From assembly GCA_009835395.1 (NCBI GenBank), contig VXXM01000041.1, positions 2,875-66,874 of the forward strand: 64,000 nucleotides of DNA, in the 5' to 3' direction. The notes below the pieces were generated by a model. It was not told the origin of the DNA. It did no database searches and saw only the letters and a program-made list of their open reading frames with translations. A program made the position numbers and the translations under genes. Position 1 is the first letter of the stretch. Each line of letters begins with the position of its first letter. Origin of the DNA: Acidimicrobiia bacterium. Lineage in GTDB: Bacteria > Actinomycetota > Acidimicrobiia > Acidimicrobiales > CATQHL01. Of the stretch, positions 43,364-52,464 are shown in pieces.

Positions 43364-44956
43364 GTGCGGGCGCTGATCTCGGTTTCGGACCGTTCGGGTG
43401 CGGTTGAGTTGGCTCGGCGGCTGGTGGCTCTGGGGTGGGAGGTCATCTCCAGCGGGGGGACCGCCGCGGTGCTGCGTGAGGGTGGGGTGGCGGTGACCGA
43501 GGTGGCCGAGCTGACCGGTGCGCCCGAGATGCTGGACGGGCGGGTGAAGACACTGCACCCCGTTGTGCACGGCGGCATCTTGGCCGACCGCTCCAAGTCG
43601 GAGCACCTGGCCGACCTGGCCGCGGCGGGCGGGGCGCCGATCGATCTCGTGGTCTGCAACCTCTACCCGTTCGGCTCGGCACCGTCGGTCGAGATGATCG
43701 ACATCGGCGGGCCCGCCATGGTGCGCGCCGCCGCCAAGAACCACGCCCACGTTGGAGTAGTGGTGGATCCTGTCGACTACGGCGCCGTGGTCGACGAGTT
43801 GGAGTCGGCCGGCGCCCTCGGTGACGCTCTGCGGCTCCGCCTGGCGCGCAAGGCCTTCGCCCACTGCTCGGCCTACGACAGCGCCGTCGTGGCCTGGCTG
43901 GACGCCGGTGCCCCGGAGACGGGCGAGGAGGACGCGCCGGCGGGCCGCTCGGACTCCGCCGGCCTGCCGGAGTCGCTGTCTCTTCGGTTGCGACGGGCCG
44001 AGGTTCTGCGTTACGGCGAGAACCCGGGTCAGCTGGGCGCCCGCTACCACACGATGGACGCGGCGAGTTGGTGGGACAGCGCGGCGCAACTCGGCGGCAA
44101 GGAGATGTCGTACCTCAACGTGTTCGACGCCGACGCGGCCTGGCGGCTGGTACACGCCCTCGGCCCCGATCCGGCGGCGGTGGTCGTCAAGCACGCCAAC
44201 CCCTGCGGCGCGGCCGCCCACGACGACATCGCCGAGGCCTACCGGCGGGCGCACGCCTGCGACTCCGTCTCCGCGTTCGGCGGCGTCGTGGCGCTCAACC
44301 GACCTCTCACTGACGACGTGGCGGCGGCACTGACCGAGGTGTTCACCGAGGTGGTCGTGGCTCCTGGCTACGAGCCTCGAGCACTCGAGCGGCTTCAGGC
44401 CAAGGCCAACCTGCGCATCCTGCAGGCCTCCGCACCGGAGAGCCCCGAACTGCACCTGCGCTCACTGGGTGACTCCTTCCTGGTGCAGACGACCGCGGCA
44501 CCGGCTCCGGGTGGTCCTCCCCTGAGCGGGGACACTCCGGGCGGCCCTCCCCGCAGCGCTGACGATCCCGGCGGCTGGAACGTGGTCACCGAACGGGCAC
44601 CCACCGATGACGAGTGGCGCGACCTGGTCTTCGCCTGGCGGGTGGTGGCCGCGGTGAGTTCCAACGCCATCGTGGTGGCTCGCGACCGCTGCGCCGTGGG
44701 AATCGGCGCCGGCCAGCAGAACCGCCGCGACGCCGGGCGCATTGCCGCTGCCAAGGCCGGCGACCGCGGCCGCGTCGGCGCCTACGCCAGCGACGCCTTC
44801 CTCCCGTTCGCCGACGGCCTGGACGGGGCCCTGGAGGCCGGTTGCACCGCGGTTGTCCAACCCGGCGGCTCCCGCCGCGATGCCGAGGTCATCGAGGCCG
44901 CCAACCGCCACGGCCTTGCCATGGTGTTCACCGGCCGGCGCACGTTCCGCCACTGA
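43364..44956 (+). CDS. purH: bifunctional IMP cyclohydrolase / AICAR formyltransferase
   Basis: [11 protein letters not shown]...GGTAAVL...[20 protein letters not shown]...VVCNLYPF...[15 protein letters not shown]...GAGQQNRRD...FFPFADG-like. Confidence 0.9.
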   Translation: MRALISVSDRSGAVELARRLVALGWEVISSGGTAAVLREGGVAVTEVAELTGAPEMLDGRVKTLHPVVHGGILADRSKSEHLADLAAAGGAPIDLVVCNLYPFGSAPSVEMIDIGGPAMVRAAAKNHAHVGVVVDPVDYGAVVDELESAGALGDALRLRLARKAFAHCSAYDSAVVAWLDAGAPETGEEDAPAGRSDSAGLPESLSLRLRRAEVLRYGENPGQLGARYHTMDAASWWDSAAQLGGKEMSYLNVFDADAAWRLVHALGPDPAAVVVKHANPCGAAAHDDIAEAYRRAHACDSVSAFGGVVALNRPLTDDVAAALTEVFTEVVVAPGYEPRALERLQAKANLRILQASAPESPELHLRSLGDSFLVQTTAAPAPGGPPLSGDTPGGPPRSADDPGGWNVVTERAPTDDEWRDLVFAWRVVAAVSSNAIVVARDRCAVGIGAGQQNRRDAGRIAAAKAGDRGRVGAYASDAFLPFADGLDGALEAGCTAVVQPGGSRRDAEVIEAANRHGLAMVFTGRRTFRH

Positions 44957-45001
44957 TCCGGACGCTTCACGAACCCCGCCCGGTTCTGGCAGACTCAACA
45001 C

Positions 45002-45379
45002 GTGGCGGAGAACGTGCTCGGCGAAGAGTTGGCGCCCTGCTCCTATGACCCGTTGACCGGGTGGTTCCGGGACGGGTGCTGCAACACCGACGCCGGAGAC
45101 TTCGGCGTCCATACGGTGTGCGCCGTGTTGACCGAGGAGTTCCTGGAGTTCTCCGCCTCGGTCGGCAACGACCTGTCCACGCCCCGCCCCGAGTTCGGCT
45201 TCGAGGGGCTCCAGCCGGGTGACCGCTGGTGCCTCTGTGCCTCGCGCTGGGCCGAGGCGCTCGAGGCCGGCAAGGCACCGCCGGTCATCCTCGAGGCCAC
45301 GCACGCCCGCACCCTCGAGTGGGTCAGCCGCAGCGAACTCGAGGCCCACCGCTTCGAACCAACCGCCGGCACCGCCTGA
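45002..45379 (+). CDS. DUF2237 family protein
   Basis: NVLGEELAPCSYDPLTGWFRDGCCNTDAGDFGVHTVCAVLTEEFLEFS...GDRWCLCASRW. Confidence 0.75.
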   Translation: MAENVLGEELAPCSYDPLTGWFRDGCCNTDAGDFGVHTVCAVLTEEFLEFSASVGNDLSTPRPEFGFEGLQPGDRWCLCASRWAEALEAGKAPPVILEATHARTLEWVSRSELEAHRFEPTAGTA

Positions 45380-45401
45380 TCGTCCTCGCGGAGGGATCGT
45401 C

Positions 45402-46763
45402 ATGAGGTTCTCCCGAATCCTGCTGCACGCGCTGGTCGTTGCCGCTGTCCTGGCGCTGGGAGCCGCCGGCGTCGTCGGTCAGGACGAGCCGACACCGGTA
45501 CTCATCTCCGAGGACGGCACCGCCGGCGCCCCGCCGCGCAGCGATGAGGCGGCCTACACCCAGTGGTTCGTGCGCCAGGCCGTCGAGCGCTATGACGCCG
45601 AGGGGCGCGACGCTGCGCTCGCGTACTTCAACGACCCGGCCAGCGTGGACGGGCAGTGGTACGTGTTCGTCGTCAACGCCGAGGGCATTCTCATCGGCCA
45701 CGCCACCCGCCCGGATCTCCGGGGCACGTCCACCGCGGCGCGCCACGACGTCTTCGGCAAGCCCTACGGGCAGGAGATCGTGGCCGCCACCGCCGAGGGC
45801 CGCTGGGTCGACTACTACTTCGACCATCCCGACACCGGCCGGCCCGAGCAGAAGCACTCCTGGGTCGTCGCCCACGACGGGCTCTTCATCGGGTCGGGCT
45901 GGTACGACGTCGAAGAGTCCGCGGCGCCCCCCAAGATCATCCCGCGGGCCTACGCCCGGTACCTCGTGGCCGAGGCCATCGAGCGTTACGACACCCAGGG
46001 CCGGGACTACACGCTGGAGTACCACAACTCGCCCGACAGCCTTGACGGCGAGTGGTACGTGTTCATCGCCGACCCGAAAGGCATCTCACTCGCCAACGCC
46101 AACCGGACCGACATCGTCGGGACCGACCGCTCGAACGCCACCGACATCACCGGCAAGAACTACGGACAGGAAATCATGGCCACGACGGCCGAGGGGACCT
46201 GGGTCGACTACTACTTCACGCACCCGGAGACGGGCGAGGAGACCCAGAAGCACAGCTGGGTCGTCCGCCACGACGGCCTGACGTTCGGCGTGGGCTGGCA
46301 CGAGTCCGGCGAGGTCCCGCCGCAGACCGACGTGGCCGGCTACTCGCAGTACCTCGTCCATGATGCCATCGAGCGCTACGTGCGTGACGGGCGCGAAGCC
46401 GTCGTCGAGCACTACAGCGATCCCGCCACCGTGGACGGGCAGTGGTACGCGATCCTCGCCGACCGCGACGGCACGATCATCGCCCACCCGCTCGACTCCG
46501 ACCTGATCGGCGCCGCCACGGCAGAACTCGTCGACGTCCGTGGCCAGGCCTTCGGCGAGGAGATCATGACCGCGGACACCAGCGGGATCTGGGTGGACTT
46601 CTACAATCCCGATCCGACCGACGGCGAGACCAGGCGCAAGCACCTGTGGGTGATCCGCTACGACGACCTGATGTTCGGCTCCGGCTGGTACTCGGTCCCA
46701 GGATCCGAGGCCACCGGCGACACCGTCGACACCGGACCCGCCGAGGACACCGCCACCGGCTAG
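45402..46763 (+). CDS. secreted protein composed of three tandem single-Cache (sCache_2-like) domains
   Basis: Signal peptide. Three ~130-aa repeats (approx 45549-45914, 45945-46310, 46335-46700), each with Y..Y/FLV..AIERYD..GRD....Y.....VDGQWYVF........I.H........G........D..G..YGQEI.....EG.WVDYYF.HP.TG....KHSWVV.HDGL.FG.GWY. No TM segment or output domain. Its stop shares the palindrome CTAG with the convergent P450 stop. Confidence 0.65.
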   Translation: MRFSRILLHALVVAAVLALGAAGVVGQDEPTPVLISEDGTAGAPPRSDEAAYTQWFVRQAVERYDAEGRDAALAYFNDPASVDGQWYVFVVNAEGILIGHATRPDLRGTSTAARHDVFGKPYGQEIVAATAEGRWVDYYFDHPDTGRPEQKHSWVVAHDGLFIGSGWYDVEESAAPPKIIPRAYARYLVAEAIERYDTQGRDYTLEYHNSPDSLDGEWYVFIADPKGISLANANRTDIVGTDRSNATDITGKNYGQEIMATTAEGTWVDYYFTHPETGEETQKHSWVVRHDGLTFGVGWHESGEVPPQTDVAGYSQYLVHDAIERYVRDGREAVVEHYSDPATVDGQWYAILADRDGTIIAHPLDSDLIGAATAELVDVRGQAFGEEIMTADTSGIWVDFYNPDPTDGETRRKHLWVIRYDDLMFGSGWYSVPGSEATGDTVDTGPAEDTATG

Positions 46764-47989
46764 TTGACGCTCAGGCGGAGTTCGGTGAGGCCTCGGATGG
46801 CGAACGCCTGGTGGCGGGTCGGTTCTTCGGCCAACTCCATGTCGGGGAAGTAGCGGACGAGGTCTGCGAAGGCGACGGCCAACTCGGCGCGGGCCAGCGG
46901 CGCTCCGACGCAGAAGTGGATGCCCCCGCCGAAGCCGATGTGGGTCGGATCGCCTCGACCCACATCGAGGCGGTCGGGGAGATCGAACCGGCGGGGATCG
47001 CGCTGGGCCGACCCGAAGAGCATGACCACGTCGTCCCCGACGGCCATCGGCCGGCCGGCGATCTCGACGCCCGCTTCGAGCACCCAGCGGTTGAAGAACT
47101 GCAGGGGGGAGTCGTAGCGCAGCAACTCCTCGGTCGCCGTGGCCGCGTCCACGTCGCCGCCGACCATCCGGCGCCACTGATCGCGGTTCTGCAGCAGGGC
47201 GCGCGTCCCGTTGCCGAGGGTATTGACGGTGGCCTCGTGGCCTGCTTCGAGCAGGACCATCGTGGTCGAGACGATCTCGTCGTTGCTGAGCCGGTCGCCG
47301 GCGTCGGAGGTCTCCACCAGCTTCGAGACCAGCGTGCCATCGGGTGAGCGGCGCTTGTCGGTGATCAGCGCCTTCGTGTAGTCGATGAACTCGCCGGCAG
47401 CCGTCTCGGCCCGAACCTTCAGTTCCTCCGGGACCGTGAACTCGTACATCTTGACGATGGCGTGGGACCAGTCCAGCAGGAGGTGCGTGTCGCGGCGGGG
47501 GACGCCCAGCACCTCGCCGACCACGGCCACGGAGAAGAGTTGGGCGTAGTCGCTCAGCAGGTCGAAGGTCCCCATCTCCCGGCACTGCTCCACCAACTCG
47601 CGGGACAGCTCGGCGATGCGCGGTTCGAGGGCCGTCACCGAGCGGGGGGTGAACACCTTCGAGACCAGCCGCCGGATGCGGGTGTGATCGGGGGGCTCGA
47701 GGCTCAGCAGCGACCACTTCTCGTGCTGGTTGAACGACGCCCAGCGCGGGTCGGGTCCGGGCTGTCCGAGTTCCTCGTGGCTGTACAGGTGGTCGTAGAC
47801 GCGGCCCAGCCGGCGGTCCCGCAGCGTCTCGTAGACGTCGTCGAACCGGGTGAGCATCCACTGACCCGTCCGGGGGTTGTGGAAGATCGGCGTCGCCTCC
47901 CGCAGCCGCCCCAGCGTCGGGTAGGGATCGTCGATGAAGGCGGGATCGTAGAAGTCCAGCTCGTCGACCAGCCGCTCGACATCGCTCAT
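46760..47989 (-). CDS. cytochrome P450
   Basis: FYDPAFIDDPYPTLGRLRE.TPIF...LLEAGHEAT (I-helix AGxET), ELLRYDSP (ExxR), and the haem loop FGGGIHFCVGAPLA. Confidence 0.85.
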   Translation of the reverse strand: MSDVERLVDELDFYDPAFIDDPYPTLGRLREATPIFHNPRTGQWMLTRFDDVYETLRDRRLGRVYDHLYSHEELGQPGPDPRWASFNQHEKWSLLSLEPPDHTRIRRLVSKVFTPRSVTALEPRIAELSRELVEQCREMGTFDLLSDYAQLFSVAVVGEVLGVPRRDTHLLLDWSHAIVKMYEFTVPEELKVRAETAAGEFIDYTKALITDKRRSPDGTLVSKLVETSDAGDRLSNDEIVSTTMVLLEAGHEATVNTLGNGTRALLQNRDQWRRMVGGDVDAATATEELLRYDSPLQFFNRWVLEAGVEIAGRPMAVGDDVVMLFGSAQRDPRRFDLPDRLDVGRGDPTHIGFGGGIHFCVGAPLARAELAVAFADLVRYFPDMELAEEPTRHQAFAIRGLTELRLSVN

Positions 47990-48118
47990 CGTCCCACTGT
48001 ACGTGACACCCAACGGGCGCTCATCCGGCCCCTGCCTGCCGGCGGGAGGGGACCGGTAGCGTGGCGCGGGGCCGCGCAGCGGGCGGCAGGCGATCGACGG
48101 CGATCGGGAGGATCGAAC

Positions 48119-49267
48119 ATGACCGGGGCGTACATCATCGACGGGGTTCGCACGCCCATGGGGCGGTTCAGCGGCGGGCTGAGCCACGTACATCCGGTGG
48201 ATCTGGGCGGGCACGTGCTGGCCGGGCTCGTCGAGCGCACCGGCATCGACCCCGGCGAGGTGGATGACATCATCTGGGGTTGCGTCGGCCAGATCGGGGC
48301 GCAGGCCTTCAACCTGGGCCGCAACTGTGCGCTGGTGGCCGGCTTTCCCGAGACCGTGCCGGCGGTGACCATCGACCGCCAGTGCGGCTCGTCCCAGCAG
48401 GCCGTGCACTTCGCCGCCCAGGCCATCATGTCGGGCACCATGGACGTCGTCATCGCTGGCGGCACCGAGGTGATGAGCCTCGTGAAGCTCAACAGCCAGG
48501 GCGACGTGGGGCCGCAACTCGAGATGGGCTACCCGTTCGAGGCTCCCGGCTGGGCGGAGCGCTTCGGCGACGAGTTGATCCACCAGTTCCGCGGCGGCAA
48601 CCTCATCGCCGAGCGCTGGGGGATCACCGGCACCGACATGAACGGCCTGGCGCTGCAGAGCCACACCAAGGCCCATCGGGCCTGGGAGGAGGGCCGCTTC
48701 GACAGCCAGGTGCTGCCGGTGGGCGACTGCGCCCGGGACGAGGGCATCCGCCCCAACACCTCCATGGAGAAGATGGCCACGCTGAAGCCGTTCAGCGAGT
48801 TCGGCCCGCTCACCGCCGCCATGTCCAGCCAGATCACCGACGGGGCGGCCGCCCTGCTCGTCGCCTCCGAGCAGGCTGTCGAGCGTTACGGCCTCACCCC
48901 GCTGGCCCGCGTCCACACCATGGCGGTCACCGGAAGCGATCCGGTGCTGATCCTCACCGGACCCATCCCCGCCACCCAGATGGCCCTGAAGCGGGCCGGC
49001 CTGGGGGTCGACGACATCGACCTGTACGAGTGCAACGAAGCCTTCGCCTCGGTGGTGCTGGCCTGGCAGGCCGAGGTGGGCGTGGACCCCGAGCGCGTCA
49101 ACGTCAACGGCGGGGCCATCGCCCTGGGCCACCCGCTGGGGGCCAGCGGCGCCCGCATCATGACCACGCTCGTACACGAGATGCGCCGCAGCGGTGCCAG
49201 CCTGGGGTTGCAGACCATGTGCGAGGGCGGCGGCCTCTCCAACGCCACCATCCTCGAAGCCGCCTAG
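48119..49267 (+). CDS. acetyl-CoA C-acyltransferase (thiolase)
   Basis: AYIIDGVRTPMGRF...VTIDRQCGSSQQAV...NVNGGAIALGHPLGASG...MCEGGGL. GGGAGGA SD before ATG 48119. Confidence 0.85.
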   Translation: MTGAYIIDGVRTPMGRFSGGLSHVHPVDLGGHVLAGLVERTGIDPGEVDDIIWGCVGQIGAQAFNLGRNCALVAGFPETVPAVTIDRQCGSSQQAVHFAAQAIMSGTMDVVIAGGTEVMSLVKLNSQGDVGPQLEMGYPFEAPGWAERFGDELIHQFRGGNLIAERWGITGTDMNGLALQSHTKAHRAWEEGRFDSQVLPVGDCARDEGIRPNTSMEKMATLKPFSEFGPLTAAMSSQITDGAAALLVASEQAVERYGLTPLARVHTMAVTGSDPVLILTGPIPATQMALKRAGLGVDDIDLYECNEAFASVVLAWQAEVGVDPERVNVNGGAIALGHPLGASGARIMTTLVHEMRRSGASLGLQTMCEGGGLSNATILEAA

Positions 49268-49290
49268 CCGCAACCGACGAAGGAGAATCC

Positions 49291-49824
49291 ATGGGCATCC
49301 ATCTCGACCACGTCTCGCTGCTGGTGAAGGACCTGGATCAGGCCGAGGCGGACTGGACGCGCATCCTGGAGGCGCTCTCGCCCGGTCACACCATGCAGAT
49401 CACCCGCGGCGAGGGTCTCGACGAGGTGGACGGCACGCCGATGCGCTGGCTGACCTTCCAGAACCCCGATCCGCGCGGCGTGTCGATCCAGTTGTGGTCG
49501 CCGGCCGAGCCGGGCCACTGGCCCGACAAGGTGCTGGAGCGGCGCGGCGAGTACGTGCACCACCTGGCCTTCTGCTCCGACGACTTCGACGGCATGATCG
49601 ACCGGGTGCGCGAAGCGGGCCTGCCGCTGGTGATGGACGAGGCCAGCCACCCCAACACCCAGCCCTGGCTGCGCTGGAACTTCTTGCCGCCGTCGGTGGC
49701 CCACGGTCCGCTGATCGAGCTGGCGACCCGCTACCTGGCCGTGGGCGAGGAGTGGTTGCCGCATCCCGACAACGCGGAGAACACCGAGCTGGCGGCCGAA
49801 CTGCACGACCGGTTCGCGGGCTGA
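49291..49824 (+). CDS. VOC (glyoxalase/bleomycin-resistance/dioxygenase) superfamily protein
   Basis: GIHLDHVSLLVKDLDQAEADW...YVHHLAFCSDDFDGMIDRVREAG. AAGGAGAA SD. Confidence 0.6.
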   Translation: MGIHLDHVSLLVKDLDQAEADWTRILEALSPGHTMQITRGEGLDEVDGTPMRWLTFQNPDPRGVSIQLWSPAEPGHWPDKVLERRGEYVHHLAFCSDDFDGMIDRVREAGLPLVMDEASHPNTQPWLRWNFLPPSVAHGPLIELATRYLAVGEEWLPHPDNAENTELAAELHDRFAG

Positions 49825-49856
49825 GCCCTCCGCAGGCGCCCGAGCCGGGGACCGCC

Positions 49857-50849
49857 ATGCCTCCCAACGCCGGCTTCGGCATGACCATGCCCGTCGAGGA
49901 CGGTCTCAGCGCCGAGCAGTTCCTGGCGCTGTACGTGGCCGCCGAGGAGGCCGGCTATCACACGGCGCTCTGCGGCGAGGTGGCCGGAGCCGAGGTGCTC
50001 TCGCTGATGGGCATGGCCGCCACCCGCACCAGCCGCATCCGCCTGGGGTCGGGAATCCTGGCGACCTACACCCGCCCGGCGCCCCTGGCCGCCATGGGGT
50101 TCGCCACGCTCGCCTCCGCCGCGCCGGGGCGCATCGTGGCGGGGTTCGGCGCCTCCAGCCCGATCATCGTGGACCGCTGGCACGGAATCGAGTTCAACAA
50201 GCCCTACACCACCACCCGGGAGTACCTGGAGCTGTTCGCCCGGGCCATGGCCGGCGGAAAGATCAGCTACGACGGTGACGAGCTGCGCTGCGAGGGTTTC
50301 CGCCTGCAGATGACGCCGCCGGCGCCGGTGCCGGTGTGGCTCGGCGCCATGGGTGACCGCATGCTGGCGCTGGCCGGCGCGGTGGCCGACGGCGCCTTCC
50401 TGGCGTGGTGCCCGCCCGGCGAGGTGGCGGCCAAGCGTGCGATCGTCCACGAGGCAGCCCGGGCCGCCGGTCGGGATCCCGACTCGGTGGAGCTGGTCTG
50501 CTCGTTCTGGGGCTACGCCGGTGACCGGCCCGACGAGGCGCGCGAGCGGATGCGACGATCGGTCCTCGCCTACGCCATGGTGCCGACCCATCAGCACTGC
50601 TTCGCGGGCTGCTTCCCGCGCCTGGCCGAGGCCGCCGAGGCGTGGGCGGGGGGCGACCGCCGGCGGGCGCTCGGCTGCGTGGACGACGCCGTGGTGGACG
50701 CCGTCTGCGCTGTGGGAGAGGACGCCGTGCGCCGCCGCATCTCCGAGTACCGCCAAGCGGGCATCGACACCCCCATCCTGTTGCCCACCGGGGTGACGCC
50801 CGGCGACGCCGACGGCTCGATGCAGACGGTGCTTCGCTGCGCCCCGTGA
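49857..50849 (+). CDS. luciferase-like monooxygenase (LLM) class flavin/F420-dependent oxidoreductase
   Basis: AEEAGYHTALCGEVAGAEVLSLMGMAATRTSRIRLGSGILATYTRPAPLAAMGFATL...GFGASSP. Confidence 0.65.
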   Translation: MPPNAGFGMTMPVEDGLSAEQFLALYVAAEEAGYHTALCGEVAGAEVLSLMGMAATRTSRIRLGSGILATYTRPAPLAAMGFATLASAAPGRIVAGFGASSPIIVDRWHGIEFNKPYTTTREYLELFARAMAGGKISYDGDELRCEGFRLQMTPPAPVPVWLGAMGDRMLALAGAVADGAFLAWCPPGEVAAKRAIVHEAARAAGRDPDSVELVCSFWGYAGDRPDEARERMRRSVLAYAMVPTHQHCFAGCFPRLAEAAEAWAGGDRRRALGCVDDAVVDAVCAVGEDAVRRRISEYRQAGIDTPILLPTGVTPGDADGSMQTVLRCAP

Positions 50850-50950
50850 CCACGCGCTGCACCCTGTAGCTCAACGGTCCGGCTAGCGCCTGCCCGGCAC
50901 TCCGGGTGCATCACCGCGAGTGCCGACCCTCAGGTCATCCATCTTGTGTG

Positions 50951-50966
50951 TCAAACGACCGTTTGA
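50951..50966. promoter_or_regulatory. perfect 7-2-7 palindrome TCAAACG-AC-CGTTTGA (candidate operator)
   Basis: It lies ~80 nt upstream of ATG 51045, in the largest intergenic gap of the catabolic cluster. Confidence 0.4.
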
Positions 50967-51044
50967 TACGCTCGAAGTCGGAGGGGTGCGCCGGCGGGAG
51001 TGTCGGTGATCGACCCCTCGTTGTGCCCGAGCGAGAGGATCCTG

Positions 51045-52436
51045 ATGGCCCGCTACGACGTGGTCGTGATCGGCGCAGGTGCAGCCGGATTGTCGGCCGG
51101 GGCGCTGCTGGCGCGTGAGGGTCGCAGCGTCTGCGTGCTGGAGCGGTCGCCCCACCTCGGCGGGCGCGCCCTGGCGGTCGACGACGAGGGCTTCCGCGTC
51201 AACCTGGGTGGCCACCTCATCGAGGACGGGGGCTCGGGCATCACCAAGATCTTCGAGTACGTGGGTGAGGAGCTCATCCACGGCGAGGTCTCCCACGACA
51301 TGCCCGTGTGGGACAACGAGGCGCGCCGCTGGGGCTCGATCCGCGACCGCTACAGCGGCAACAAGACCGAGCTGAAGAAGGTCATCAAGGCCCTCATCGA
51401 GACCTCCTGGGACGAGTTGGAGACCTGGGACGACCGGCCCATGCGCGAATGGATCCACCAGCACACCACCGACCAGAGCGTGGTGGACCTCTTCGAGTTC
51501 CTGGCCGTGCTGGAGTGCCTCACCGACAACTGGTGGGACCACTCGGCCAGCGACAACCTCTGGGTCCGCAAGATGCACTACGAGGAGCGCCACATGGCCG
51601 CCTACTCGTGCTGGCCGGGCCAGGGCTGGGACGGCATGTGGCGCGACCTGGCCGGCGCCGTCGGCCGCCACGGCGGCGAGGTGCGGCTCAACTGCGCCGC
51701 CGATCAGGTGCTCATCGAGGACGGCGAGGTGGTCGGCGTGGCGCTCGGTCGCGACGACATCGTCGTGCCCAACGACGTCGAGCCCGGCGAGGTGCTGGAG
51801 ACCGGCTGCGTGATCTCCACCCTGCCGGTGTGGAGCGTGCTGCGGGTGGTGCCCGACTGGCACCTGCCGGACTGGTACGTCAACCAGATCCGCTACCTCG
51901 CTCAGGACGCCTACCGGGTGTCGTGGCTGGGGCTGTACCTGGCGACCGAGGAGCCGGTCACCATGTACGACCCCCGGGAGCTGTCCACCTGGCTGGCCAC
52001 GCCGCACAGCCCCACCCCGGGGTTCATGTACGACCAGACGGCCATGGACCCCGACTCCACCCCGCCCGGCGTTCACCTCTACTGCACCGGCGGCGTCATC
52101 CCCGGCTCCAAGGGCCGCGACCGCCGCTACATCAGCCAGATGTACGACCGCTTCGAGGCCGGGCTGTTCGAGATGTACCCGGGCCTGCGCGACCACGTGT
52201 GGCGCCGGCGCGGCCTGGTGTTCGATCCCCCCTTCGGCGTGGTGCAGAAGCCGATGCTGGTGGGCACCTTCCGCCCGCACTGGCGGGCTCCCAACGTGGA
52301 CGGCCTCTACTTCGCCTCCGAGACGTTCCGCAGCCGCGGCATCGGCACCGACCGGGCCGCCCGTGCGGCGCTCACCTGCGTGGAGGACTACCTGGGCCAC
52401 CGCATCGCCTTCTTCGGCGACGGCTGGCGCTACTGA
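51045..52436 (+). CDS. NAD(P)/FAD-dependent oxidoreductase (phytoene-desaturase/amine-oxidase-like fold)
   Basis: YDVVVIGAGAAGLSAGALLAREGRSVCVLERSPHLGGRA. GAGAGGA SD. Confidence 0.7.
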   Translation: MARYDVVVIGAGAAGLSAGALLAREGRSVCVLERSPHLGGRALAVDDEGFRVNLGGHLIEDGGSGITKIFEYVGEELIHGEVSHDMPVWDNEARRWGSIRDRYSGNKTELKKVIKALIETSWDELETWDDRPMREWIHQHTTDQSVVDLFEFLAVLECLTDNWWDHSASDNLWVRKMHYEERHMAAYSCWPGQGWDGMWRDLAGAVGRHGGEVRLNCAADQVLIEDGEVVGVALGRDDIVVPNDVEPGEVLETGCVISTLPVWSVLRVVPDWHLPDWYVNQIRYLAQDAYRVSWLGLYLATEEPVTMYDPRELSTWLATPHSPTPGFMYDQTAMDPDSTPPGVHLYCTGGVIPGSKGRDRRYISQMYDRFEAGLFEMYPGLRDHVWRRRGLVFDPPFGVVQKPMLVGTFRPHWRAPNVDGLYFASETFRSRGIGTDRAARAALTCVEDYLGHRIAFFGDGWRY

Positions 52437-52464
52437 CCGACGAGACCCCGCAGAACGGATACCC

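Noticed and set aside
44491-44577. ~25-aa insertion in PurH with GGPP...GGPP...PGG repeats
   Set aside because: It is probably a surface-loop low-complexity insertion in the AICAR-transformylase domain. There is no evidence of separate function, and the reading frame is intact.
46760-46763. Convergent genes sharing the stop-codon palindrome CTAG
   Set aside because: This is a real but trivial consequence of tight convergent packing, and no hairpin terminator is evident between the genes.
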